A stretch of DNA of 64,000 bases from positions 5,489,643 to 5,553,642 of the forward strand of contig OZ241917.1 of the NCBI GenBank assembly GCA_965203805.1. Reading direction: 5' to 3'. Positions 10,382 to 19,105 of this stretch are shown one piece after another. The position numbers were made by a program, and so were the translations under genes. The DNA comes from Candidatus Latescibacterota bacterium (lineage in GTDB: Bacteria > Latescibacterota > UBA2968 > GCA-2709665). Position 1 is the stretch's first letter. Every line of letters begins with the position of its first letter. The notes below the pieces were generated by a model, which ran no database searches, was not told where the DNA came from, and saw only the letters and a list, made by a program, of their open reading frames with translations.

Positions 10382-12100
10382 ATGGAATATAGCTCGATAC
10401 GAGTCAGCGACATCGTCAAATACGTTAACCGTGATTGGTATCTTCCTGCGATTCAGCGCGAATTTGTGTGGAATAAGGATCGAGTTGAACGTCTTTTCGA
10501 CTCCATCATGTCAGATTTTCCAATTGGATCATTCTTGTTTTGGCGCTTAGAAGAAAAAAACAAGAATCAATGGCCAATCTATAAGTTCATTCAGGAATAC
10601 GATGAAGAGAGGCCACATAACGAGCTGGCTAACATGTACGGAATAAGAAAGGATATAACGCTTGTTCTCGATGGCCAACAGAGAATCACATCTTTGTTGA
10701 TAGGGCTGCAAGGCTCATTTCGATACTTTTACTACCGGTGGAGAAAGGCGAATCTATATCTCAACCTATTGAAGGCAGCAGTTCCAGACGATGGCAATCC
10801 CGAGGAACTAACCTATCAGTTTTCATTCCGTGAGAATGACGTGGCGTCATCGTCTCAGGAGCAACTTTGGTATCCAGTTGGTCGCGTTTTGGATTTTCCG
10901 GATGCAGAGGATGCCAAAGCTGACTTGGAGGACCAATTATTAGAACTGCCTGAAGAAAAACGAAAAAATGCCAATCGGCTCGTTGGGAAATTGCATAATC
11001 GCATCCACACGATGTCGGTTGGTAATTATTACGAAGAAAAATCGCAAGACTACGACAAAGTTTTGCAAATTTTCGTCCGGGCGAATTCTGCCGGACAGCC
11101 CTTGTCTTACTCTGATTTGCTATTGTCGACAGCGACAGCGCAATGGAAGTCGGTGGATGCACGCAGGGAGATTCACGAATTCACAGATCGTCTCAATGAA
11201 ACGGGCAACGGCTACAAATTCGAGAAGGATTTCGTTTTAAAGGCTTGTCTTTATCTTTGCGAGTCTCTACCTATTCAATACAAGGTCAAGAATTTTTCGA
11301 AACCCAACCTACTGACCATAGAATCTAAATGGGACGCCATACAAATGGCACTTGCCACCACGGTGCGTTTGATTTCTCGTTTCGGTTTCCACTCCAGAAA
11401 CGTCGTCGCGCCACTAGCTCTTCTCCCCATCGCTTTTTTCCTCCTAAAGCGGGGCAATCCGAACTTCGACAAATCTTCAGAAAAAGAGGACGCCGAGTCT
11501 CAAGTTGCAATTCGCAAATGGTTTGTGTTTTCCACGCTCAAGAACGCGTTCGGCGGCTCCTCAGACACGACCTTGAGACGTCTTCGAGAAATATTGAAGA
11601 GACGCGGTTCCGACGAGCAGTTTCCCGCGGAAAAACTGTATCTGTCTCTTGATATCAAGCCCTCGTTGAGCGATGACGAGATAGATCGGATCTTGGATTT
11701 CAAGTATCACGAGCGCTACACGAATTTGGTGCTGTCATTGTTGTATCCTGACAGAGATTGGAAAGACGCCGTGTTCCACGAGGACCACATATTTCCAAAG
11801 TCTGAATTCAAGGCCTCTTCGCTAAAAAAAAGAGGCTACGAGTCGACCACCATCGATCAGTACATATTAAATTTCAACACACTCCGAAATCTTCAGCTTC
11901 TTACCGATTCGGAGAATTTAGCCAAGAGTGCGAGACCTTTCGACGAATGGCTAAGGACGCGTGACGCCAGATTTCGCTCTCGCCATCTCATTCCCGACCT
12001 TCCAGACTATGGCATTGATCATTTTGATGAATTCTCGAAGGCGCGACGAGGGCTGATCGTCAAGGCGTTAAAGGGGCTATCCTCACTATACCAGATATAA
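10382..12100 (+). CDS. GmrSD-like type IV restriction enzyme (DUF262 ParB-like NTPase domain plus DUF1524 His-Me/HNH nuclease domain)
   Basis: 572 aa. N-terminal LPAIQREFVWNKDRVERLFDSIMSDFPIGSFLFW and LVLDGQQRITSL (DUF262 DGQQR motif). C-terminal FHEDHIFPKSEF...LRNLQLLTDSENLAKS (DUF1524-type H..H...N...N). Confidence 0.8.
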   Translation: MEYSSIRVSDIVKYVNRDWYLPAIQREFVWNKDRVERLFDSIMSDFPIGSFLFWRLEEKNKNQWPIYKFIQEYDEERPHNELANMYGIRKDITLVLDGQQRITSLLIGLQGSFRYFYYRWRKANLYLNLLKAAVPDDGNPEELTYQFSFRENDVASSSQEQLWYPVGRVLDFPDAEDAKADLEDQLLELPEEKRKNANRLVGKLHNRIHTMSVGNYYEEKSQDYDKVLQIFVRANSAGQPLSYSDLLLSTATAQWKSVDARREIHEFTDRLNETGNGYKFEKDFVLKACLYLCESLPIQYKVKNFSKPNLLTIESKWDAIQMALATTVRLISRFGFHSRNVVAPLALLPIAFFLLKRGNPNFDKSSEKEDAESQVAIRKWFVFSTLKNAFGGSSDTTLRRLREILKRRGSDEQFPAEKLYLSLDIKPSLSDDEIDRILDFKYHERYTNLVLSLLYPDRDWKDAVFHEDHIFPKSEFKASSLKKRGYESTTIDQYILNFNTLRNLQLLTDSENLAKSARPFDEWLRTRDARFRSRHLIPDLPDYGIDHFDEFSKARRGLIVKALKGLSSLYQI

Positions 12101-12508
12101 TGCCGAATAGGTCGATTTTTTGACCACCTGAATGGATTTGGGAAGTATGGTCGTTCTAAGGGGCTTCGCTGGCAACGGCCCGGGGAGAATCCGTCCTGTG
12201 CGGACCGCCAATATCAAGAACAGCAAAGAACCTTACGATGAACTTGGTCGGTTATATACAAGAAGGGATGCACTACATTTGGTGGGTGAGCACCTCTTCG
12301 ATTACTGTCCACTTGGCGCGGGCCAACGAGGCGTGTGCTGGTTTTTCAAGTACTCGAAGTCACACCCAGCTTAAGATTCGCAATTCTTCAGTTGGGCACT
12401 CAAGCGCTTGGTCGTTGGCCGTGTCAGGATGTTCGCGAAATTCGTTGCATGCTATTACCGAAGGTACAACAGAAACCCTGACTTCATATAGAGCAGGAGA
12501 GGCAGACA

Positions 12509-14575
12509 ATGGGTATAATCCTCAACGACTCACAGATGTCGTTTTGCAATTCCAAAGCGTTATGCATTCGACTATTGGCCCCAGCCGGTTGTGGCAAGAC
12601 TGAATCGCTACTCTATCGATGCCTGCATCTATTGCGCCGGGCTCGCAAATCCTCGCCGCGGTTCCTAATCGTGACATTCACGAAGACTGCCACCGCCGAG
12701 CTTGTCGACAGGATTAGCTGCGATCACGAATTCGAGGGATTGCGAGGACGTACCAACGTCACGACATTGAACGCGTACGGGTGGCGGCGGATTCGAAGCA
12801 GCGTGACCAGCCCTCGGCTGCTCAGCACACCAAATGACCGCTACTTCGCATTACGCAACCAACTCCATCCCGTCTGGCAAGGGAATCCACACGTTGAAGA
12901 GGTCGTTAGCAAGCGGGGCAGCGCACCACGTACATTGATGCAGGCCATGGACAATCTCAAGTCGATAGGGTTCGACCACAAAACACACACAAACTTTGAA
13001 CTCTTCGACCAGCATATGGATGCGTTGGAGTCACAGCGACTCGGATGGCATGTCGTGGAGCAATATCAACTCTTGGCATCAATCGGCGTCCTCAACGGGC
13101 TTGCTTCGTCCCGATCGGACCGGAAGAGGTCGAGGCGGCAGTTTTACGACCGTTTCTTCAAGTTTTGGCGAGCCGCGACGAAACGCCTACTCGAGGAGTC
13201 GACCTTTACGTTCGAAGACCAAAAGTATTGGTGTTATCTTGATCTGGCCGAGACAAATGCCGACGAAGCTGCCCAAGTTCTTGCGGGGGCGACGCGATAC
13301 GACCACATTCTCGTGGACGAATTCCAAGACATCAACCCCTTGGATTTGGCACTGATCAGAGAGCTGATTGAACGGAACCGCGCCACGATTACCATCGTGG
13401 GGGACGACGACCAAGCGATATTCGAATGGCGCGGTGCTACGCCCGAATATATCCTGTACCCCGACCAATACTTCGGCACGGACTTTAGGGACTTCCAACT
13501 TGACATCAACTATCGATCCCCTAGAAACATCGTCGACCTCTCTCGGAACCTAATTGGCCACAATGAAAACCGCGTCGACAAGAAAGTCAGAGCCAAAAAT
13601 CGCTCGGTCAAGGCCGAGATTGAAGTCGTTCAGTCCGATGACATCAATGACCGTCTCAAACTAGTGACTCAAATCGTCAACGATACGGAGTCTCCAGGAA
13701 AGGTGGCGGTGATCGGACGTCTGCGGAAACAACTCATCCCCTACCAGGTCTACTTTGCAGGTGACGGAGCGCCGTTCAGCACCGCGGTCGACCTCGATGT
13801 CTTTAGCGGCGCCGCGTTCGACGGCTTGGTGAAGCTTCTCGATATCTGGTCGAGAAACGACAGACGCCAAGCAAGAAGCAAGGTCGTCCAAGATGTTCTG
13901 TCAGTGTGCGATCTAATCCGTCGGCGACCTCTAGGTAATACTGACCGACGCAACCTGACCAAGTACCTAACACGAACTCGTCCGGACAACATCGCTAATG
14001 GCGCTGACGCATTGAAAGACTACAGCGGTCCGAGGCTAAGCGGCAGAACACATCTGGAACTCCATCACGCAGCTGGGAGTTTCCTCGCGGCGGCCGATGC
14101 CCCAAAGGCGCTACGGGTAATTGATGAGGAGTTCGCGGGGTTGTGGTTTGACACCGAGAAAGCAGAGGAGGACGTGTTCTATACCGATCCGCCCCTCGAA
14201 CAGTTGGCGTCGATTGCTGAGAGTGAACGACTAGATGCAGACGACCTTGTTGAGAGGATCGAATCGGTGAAGCAGCAAGTTCAGGACTACCGCGACTTTG
14301 ACTTAGCCGATGACGAGAGCGACATCGACGTACTTCGTCGTCCTTTGCACCTAATGACGGCAACCAGAGCAAAAGGAAAAGAATTCGACACTGTCATTCT
14401 GCTCGACACGGTTCAAGGCATCTGGCCGCATAACAGGGCAGTAGACGCACGAGAGTTGGAGGCGGAACGCCGGCTCTTCTACGTTGCCTTCACTCGTGCC
14501 ATGAATCGGGTCCTGCTGCTATGCAGCACCGATTCGGGGATCAGAAGCCAGTTCATCGACGAATTGGGCATTTAA
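12509..14575 (+). CDS. UvrD/Rep-like superfamily 1 DNA helicase
   Basis: 688 aa. LNDSQ...LLAPAGCGKTESL (motif I), ILVDEFQDINPLD (II), ITIVGDDDQAIFEWRGA (III), NYRSPRNIV (IV), MTATRAKGKEFDTVILLD and ERRLFYVAFTRAMNRVLL (V/VI). AGGAGAG RBS 7 nt upstream. No nuclease domain recognised. Confidence 0.85.
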   Translation: MGIILNDSQMSFCNSKALCIRLLAPAGCGKTESLLYRCLHLLRRARKSSPRFLIVTFTKTATAELVDRISCDHEFEGLRGRTNVTTLNAYGWRRIRSSVTSPRLLSTPNDRYFALRNQLHPVWQGNPHVEEVVSKRGSAPRTLMQAMDNLKSIGFDHKTHTNFELFDQHMDALESQRLGWHVVEQYQLLASIGVLNGLASSRSDRKRSRRQFYDRFFKFWRAATKRLLEESTFTFEDQKYWCYLDLAETNADEAAQVLAGATRYDHILVDEFQDINPLDLALIRELIERNRATITIVGDDDQAIFEWRGATPEYILYPDQYFGTDFRDFQLDINYRSPRNIVDLSRNLIGHNENRVDKKVRAKNRSVKAEIEVVQSDDINDRLKLVTQIVNDTESPGKVAVIGRLRKQLIPYQVYFAGDGAPFSTAVDLDVFSGAAFDGLVKLLDIWSRNDRRQARSKVVQDVLSVCDLIRRRPLGNTDRRNLTKYLTRTRPDNIANGADALKDYSGPRLSGRTHLELHHAAGSFLAAADAPKALRVIDEEFAGLWFDTEKAEEDVFYTDPPLEQLASIAESERLDADDLVERIESVKQQVQDYRDFDLADDESDIDVLRRPLHLMTATRAKGKEFDTVILLDTVQGIWPHNRAVDARELEAERRLFYVAFTRAMNRVLLLCSTDSGIRSQFIDELGI

Positions 14576-15005
14576 AGTGCAGGCGGGCAACGCTTTATTG
14601 TACTCCGTCCATCTTCCCAAATGTTGTAACGCACTTTATTGCGTCAGCACTTCCTAGATTGCACTTTTCGGATTACTCACTACGCTCCAATGTCGTGGGA
14701 TGTTATGGAATGCGCCATGCGTTACGCCTTAATCGAGCAATTCAAGAGGAAATAAAAAGAAAAGCAACACCCGTTACACAATCCACCCAACCGACAGTTG
14801 GACTTCGCATGTCCAGAGTCAGGATAAAGGGTGGAGTCCTTGCGTGCAGGCGGTGATCTAATACGGCCCTAAGTTCAATGCAGGAAACCTCCTCAAGGGT
14901 AACCGGGACCGTCTTGGTCTACTTGCTGATTTACGTAACCACGGACGTATTGTCGGGTAGACGACAGTTAGACGCGAAATTGCAATTTCAGAACTGCCAG
15001 TCTCG

Positions 15006-15257
15006 ATGGGGGATTTGATGGCATCCAGAGATCATTTTGCGATGGATATGACCTGTCCAGCATGTCTACGGCAAGGAAAGGCTGGAGTCTCGGAGGACGA
15101 TTACCCGTTTATGAAGCCACACTCCGGGTTTTCAATTGACCGAGTTTCCGATGGCTTTACCGTAGTCTGTCGTTCGGATTTTGAGAGGGCAACAGTGAGC
15201 TGTGAATGCGGGTGTGTTTTTGAACTTCAACATACGAGCCCAGCCGTCTTTGCTTAG
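15006..15257 (+). CDS. Hypothetical small Zn-ribbon protein
   Basis: 83 aa with CPAC...CECGC (four-Cys ribbon). Coding status is uncertain and no family was recognised. Confidence 0.3.
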   Translation: MGDLMASRDHFAMDMTCPACLRQGKAGVSEDDYPFMKPHSGFSIDRVSDGFTVVCRSDFERATVSCECGCVFELQHTSPAVFA

Positions 15258-15361
15258 CCGAAACCAAAAAGATCGTGGACAACGCTATGTCCGCGAAGTT
15301 TTTGGCAATGATCAATAGCGTACATCTATTGTGCTGTAAATTGCGCAACGAAGTGGGCATA

Positions 15362-16279
15362 CTAGAGCGCATGTGTGAGTAGCAGTCTGTCTGCCACGAC
15401 CTCGCGTTCCAGGGTTTGTCCGCGCATTTGGAACCGTCTAAGCATTGAACGGCCGCAATTTATCCGTACCTCCTTTTCAAATACGCCGTCAGGCACCGAA
15501 TAGTTACAATCTTGGTTGCCAGATTTTTTGGTGCCGTCTAGACTAAGGGCTACGAACACGCCGCGGTCTTTTGCTCGCCGTATAACGTGAAACAAGTGTT
15601 CTTGACTGAAAGATTGCGCGCCATATAGTATGGCTTGGCTATATGAGTATGGTGGGTCACAATACACGACATCACCCTTACGAGTTTTTTCGATAGAATC
15701 TTCATATTCCCTATGAAAAAACTGCGTACCTTTAACACGTCTCGTCCATTCGTCAACCCGACGTCCGAAGGTACCATAGTGGATAGGTTTGTGTACTCCA
15801 CAGGGAGTGGACATATATCCATCGCGTTGTCTGAATCTCATCACTCCGCCATATGCAGAACGGCTTAGAAAGAGAAGATCGCCTGGATTAGCATTGTGAT
15901 TATACCGAGCTTTTATCTTCTCGTACTGGACAGTTTTTTCACCTCGTTGGGCTTCTTTCCAACGCTCGCGGTACCACTGCTTAAGCGTTTCAGGATCGTC
16001 CTTTAGAGTTTGCCAGATTTCAACAAGTGGCTTAAAGCAGTCCGAGGCCTCTGCCTTGCGTGGTGCAAGTACTGCCAGCACACCGCCAGATCCCAAAAAA
16101 GGTTCGTGATACGTACCAAATCTTCGTGGAAAATGTGAGATGATTTCATGTGCGAACCTTTGTTTATTCCCAATCCACTTGAGAAGCTGGGACTTGTATG
16201 GCTCAATTCCTAGTGTTGAATTGAAATGGGCGGAATCCTCATCGTCAATTTGGCCAGCAAGATTAAGTCCTAATTGCAT
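15362..16279 (-). CDS. N6-adenine DNA methyltransferase, Dam-like (D12 class, alpha group)
   Basis: 305 aa. YKSQLLKWIGNKQRF, EPFLGSGGV (motif I, FxGxG), VVYCDPPYSYSQ (motif IV, DPPY). Confidence 0.85.
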   Translation of the reverse strand: MQLGLNLAGQIDDEDSAHFNSTLGIEPYKSQLLKWIGNKQRFAHEIISHFPRRFGTYHEPFLGSGGVLAVLAPRKAEASDCFKPLVEIWQTLKDDPETLKQWYRERWKEAQRGEKTVQYEKIKARYNHNANPGDLLFLSRSAYGGVMRFRQRDGYMSTPCGVHKPIHYGTFGRRVDEWTRRVKGTQFFHREYEDSIEKTRKGDVVYCDPPYSYSQAILYGAQSFSQEHLFHVIRRAKDRGVFVALSLDGTKKSGNQDCNYSVPDGVFEKEVRINCGRSMLRRFQMRGQTLEREVVADRLLLTHAL

Positions 16280-16296
16280 CGGTTCCTCCTTCGTCT

Positions 16297-16310
16297 TGAT
16301 CGATTGATCA
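16297..16310. promoter_or_regulatory. Candidate operator (C-box-like palindrome) in the divergent M / C-R intergenic region
   Basis: TGATCGATTGATCA is a 14-bp near-palindrome containing two GATC sites and one TGATCA. TAAAAT follows immediately at 16311-16316. It lies between the methylase start (16279) and the controller gene start (16376). Confidence 0.35.
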
Positions 16311-16375
16311 TAAAATACACGATTTTGGGATATTCCGCAAGGAAAAAACCCTTGCTTTCAAGACGGTTGGATGTC

Positions 16376-16639
16376 ATGGCAAATCTCATTACAAGATCGC
16401 GAAGGGTCCTGCTGGGGCTCCTAAGAGATACTAGAGTTGAGGCGGGCTTTCGGCAAATCGACTTGGCAAGATGCCTGAATATACCGCAATCCCGAGTAAG
16501 CAAATACGAAGTCGGAGAACGTCGACTCGATCTCTTGGAACTTCGGGAGATCTGTACTGCACTTGGAAAGCCATTAGGAGAGTTTGTGCTAGAACTTGAG
16601 AGTCGAATCCGAGCAGAGAACAATGAAACCGACAGCTAG
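16376..16639 (+). CDS. XRE-family HTH regulator, likely R-M controller (C) protein
   Basis: ORF 16274..16639 begins with TTG. I prefer the ATG at 16376 (MANLITRSRR...). HTH is FRQIDLARCLNIPQSRVSKYEVGERRLDLLEL. It is divergent from the methylase and overlaps the downstream gene. Confidence 0.7.
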   Translation: MANLITRSRRVLLGLLRDTRVEAGFRQIDLARCLNIPQSRVSKYEVGERRLDLLELREICTALGKPLGEFVLELESRIRAENNETDS

Positions 16640-17501
16640 ATTTATGCGGAAGCCCAAGTCATTCTGGGCAGCTGTGAGATCCTTGAGCCAACAGGTAGGT
16701 TACAGTTTCGCGGGGTCCGTAATTGTTCCGACATTGGACGAAATGTGGACGGCCTTTTCGAAAATTAAACTTGAGTCGTCTCATTTGATGGTGAATGGAG
16801 AACCGACCAAATTTGCCACAGACCTGTTAGATTACTTTAAGGAACGGGCACGAGTTCTCAATTGTGAGGTCGAACCGAGTTTAATGAACGTGCATGAAGC
16901 AAAAGCCCTGTTCGAGCAACTTCGCGACGAATTCACTCCGAATTGTCCAATCCCGATGAACAAACAAAAGGGCGACAAGAGAGCGGAGGCGTATTTAACA
17001 GGCATCGTGAATATGATGATTGAGAGGTACTCTGAGGGACTGCCTTGCGACTACGATCCACGGGAGCTTACTACATTTACTTACAAAGGTGCGCCGCTGA
17101 GGACTCTGGCACGCAGAGTAGATGGAGCTTTTCCTTCTGCGAAAAACCCGATAGCTCTTTGGGAGATAAAGGAATACTATTATACTACTACATTTGGCAG
17201 CCGGGTGGCCGATGGCGTTTATGAAACACTGCTTGATGGGATGGAGATTGAGGAACTGCGGGAACACGAGGGCGTAGATGTGAAGCACTATCTGATGGTT
17301 GATGCGTACTATACTTGGTGGGAATGCGGCAAGGCCTATCTATGCAGGATGTTTGACATGCTTCATATGGGATACGTGGATGAGATATTGTTCGGAAAAC
17401 AGGTGGTTCACGAAATGCCCCGGATTGTTCGGGAGTGGGTAGATGCCTATAATAGGCGGCTATTGCAGGATCTGCGTGATAATACCGTTTCAAACTCCTG
17501 A
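16623..17501 (+). CDS. Putative type II restriction endonuclease (PD-(D/E)XK candidate), family not recognised
   Basis: ORF 16596..17501 has a TTG start. The ATG at 16623 (MKPTARF...) overlaps the C gene by 17 nt. Candidate catalytic motif RRVDGAFPSAKNPIALWEIKEYY (D...ExK). The C-R order divergent from M is the classical arrangement. My recall comparison shows no resemblance to DpnII or EcoRV. Confidence 0.45.
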   Translation: MKPTARFMRKPKSFWAAVRSLSQQVGYSFAGSVIVPTLDEMWTAFSKIKLESSHLMVNGEPTKFATDLLDYFKERARVLNCEVEPSLMNVHEAKALFEQLRDEFTPNCPIPMNKQKGDKRAEAYLTGIVNMMIERYSEGLPCDYDPRELTTFTYKGAPLRTLARRVDGAFPSAKNPIALWEIKEYYYTTTFGSRVADGVYETLLDGMEIEELREHEGVDVKHYLMVDAYYTWWECGKAYLCRMFDMLHMGYVDEILFGKQVVHEMPRIVREWVDAYNRRLLQDLRDNTVSNS

Positions 17502-17871
17502 GATCGGAATTCTTCGATCAGTGGGGCAGTTCGTGAGAGTTGTGTTCGACATCTACTTGAACGGTACCACCGTCTAACGCTAGCCTGCTTCGGTGTGCGA
17601 TTTTGTTCCATTTGAGTCAAGTTTTCTGCTGAGAGCGCTCATCGGGGGCCTGTTTTATGTACGCCACGACGGCTATGCGACAACACGTCTTGGCGCACTG
17701 AGGCGAAGCCTCGTTTGAAGCTTTGCGGTTACGTGGTCCTTGATGAATGGCTCCCAGACCGCCAATGCGAGAACCTTGGGCGTTCGCACGCGTACAGGAA
17801 GTTCCAGTATTTCACCGATACGATGTGTCGAATGACACCTATCACGTTTGTATCCGGAATGGCATATCAAC

Positions 17872-18309
17872 ATGACGCATGAGGCTAGTTTCGAAATAAA
17901 AACTGCTCAGGATTTTTTGCATGAAATGGTTATACCTCAGTACAACGATTTCATTAGCAAGAATTCATCTTCACGCTATGCTTTGACGGCAATAATACTT
18001 GCATACCATATGTACGAATGGGTTCACGGGGCAGGGAAGTTTTGTCCTCAACATTTCCAGACGACCTATCCCAATGATCAAGGCTTGACGGAAAAATTCG
18101 ATCTTGCAAGGAAGATTACAAACGGCACGAAGCACTTTTTGCCGAAGGTTCAAACTCTGAAACAATCAGGTTTCTCGTCCGGATTCAGCAACGCCTTCGC
18201 TCGCCCCCTGAACGTGATTTTGAACGATGGCAGTATGCTTTCCGTTGACGATTTATTGCGTGATATTGTGGAATTCTGGAAGAAACTGGACAAATGTGGC
18301 GGACTCTGA
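17872..18309 (+). CDS. Hypothetical protein (helical, no recognised domain)
   Basis: ORF 17848..18309 has a TTG start; the in-frame ATG at 17872 gives MTHEASFEIKTAQDFLHEMV... Very low G+C. It sits between the R-M system and higBA. Confidence 0.45.
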   Translation: MTHEASFEIKTAQDFLHEMVIPQYNDFISKNSSSRYALTAIILAYHMYEWVHGAGKFCPQHFQTTYPNDQGLTEKFDLARKITNGTKHFLPKVQTLKQSGFSSGFSNAFARPLNVILNDGSMLSVDDLLRDIVEFWKKLDKCGGL

Positions 18310-18421
18310 GGCTGTTCCGTTGCCGCCGCTCCCGTTCTATTTCCACATCGGTGGATCTCGCCACACTGCAGGATGGGCAAACGCGCGTCTCGATCACGTT
18401 TGCGGCGCGTTACCGGGAAAT

Positions 18422-18694
18422 ATGAGGATCAGGCACAAGGGCTTACGGGCGCTGCACGAGCGGGACGATCCAGCACGGCTTCCGCCCAGTTGGGTGCCGC
18501 GGCTTCGGCGCATCCTGTTCCGTCTGCAAGAGGCGAACCATCCAGGCAGCGCGGACGCGCCTGGCTTCCGTCTACATCCATTGAAGGGAGACCGGGCGGG
18601 TGAGTGGAGCGTTAGCGTCACCGGAAACTGGCGTGTAGTATTCCGTTTTGAGGACGGAGAGGTCGTGGACGTGGACCTGACCGATTATCACTGA
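18422..18694 (+). CDS. higB: HigB-family toxin (plasmid maintenance system killer protein)
   Basis: Internal ATG of ORF 18227..18694. MRIRHKGLRAL...PGFRLHPLKGDRAGEWSVSVTGNWRVVFRFEDGEVVDVDLTDYH is the canonical HigB C-terminal signature. Confidence 0.85.
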   Translation: MRIRHKGLRALHERDDPARLPPSWVPRLRRILFRLQEANHPGSADAPGFRLHPLKGDRAGEWSVSVTGNWRVVFRFEDGEVVDVDLTDYH

Positions 18695-18713
18695 CCGGAA
18701 GGAAACGCTGACC

Positions 18714-18998
18714 ATGAACGAAGTTTCATACAACCGTGTGGGCCCGATGCTGAACCCGCCGCATCTGGGTGAACTGATCCGCGAGAGCATGGATGAGGTT
18801 GGCTGGAACATCACCGAGACGGCGGTACGCCTTGGCTGCGAACGAGGTACGCTATCGCGCGTGTTGAACGGCAAGGCGGGGGTGTCCGCGAAGATGGCGC
18901 TTGCGCTGGAGGATATCGGCTGGGGCACCGCCGATCACTGGATGCGAATGCAGGCGAGTTACGTGCTTGCACGGGCACGCCAGGAACACGTTGCCTAA
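18714..18998 (+). CDS. higA: HigA-family antitoxin (HTH)
   Basis: 94 aa. PPHLGELIRESM...ITETAVRLGCERGTLSRVLNGKAGVSAKMALAL...HWMRMQASY. Toxin-first order is typical of hig loci. Confidence 0.85.
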   Translation: MNEVSYNRVGPMLNPPHLGELIRESMDEVGWNITETAVRLGCERGTLSRVLNGKAGVSAKMALALEDIGWGTADHWMRMQASYVLARARQEHVA

Positions 18999-19105
18999 TG
19001 GACCAGTTCGTAAGGAGGGGGATAGATTGAGCCGCAGAGTTCCGTAACAATGGCTGTCTCCGCCAGTTTACGGGATGGCACACCCGCTGAAAGGGTATCA
19101 ACGAT

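Noticed and set aside
12132-12374. An 80-aa ORF in the 408-bp gap between the GmrSD-like gene and the helicase, and the similar ORFs 12238..12603 and 14521..14856.
   Set aside because: No RBS and no recognisable motifs are present, and the frames overlap each other. I treated them as non-coding spacer, although a small gene or RNA cannot be excluded.
12509-14575. A Gabija system, with the UvrD-like helicase as GajB.
   Set aside because: No OLD-family ATPase/TOPRIM (GajA-like) gene is present anywhere in the island. The neighbouring nuclease is DUF262/DUF1524 type instead.
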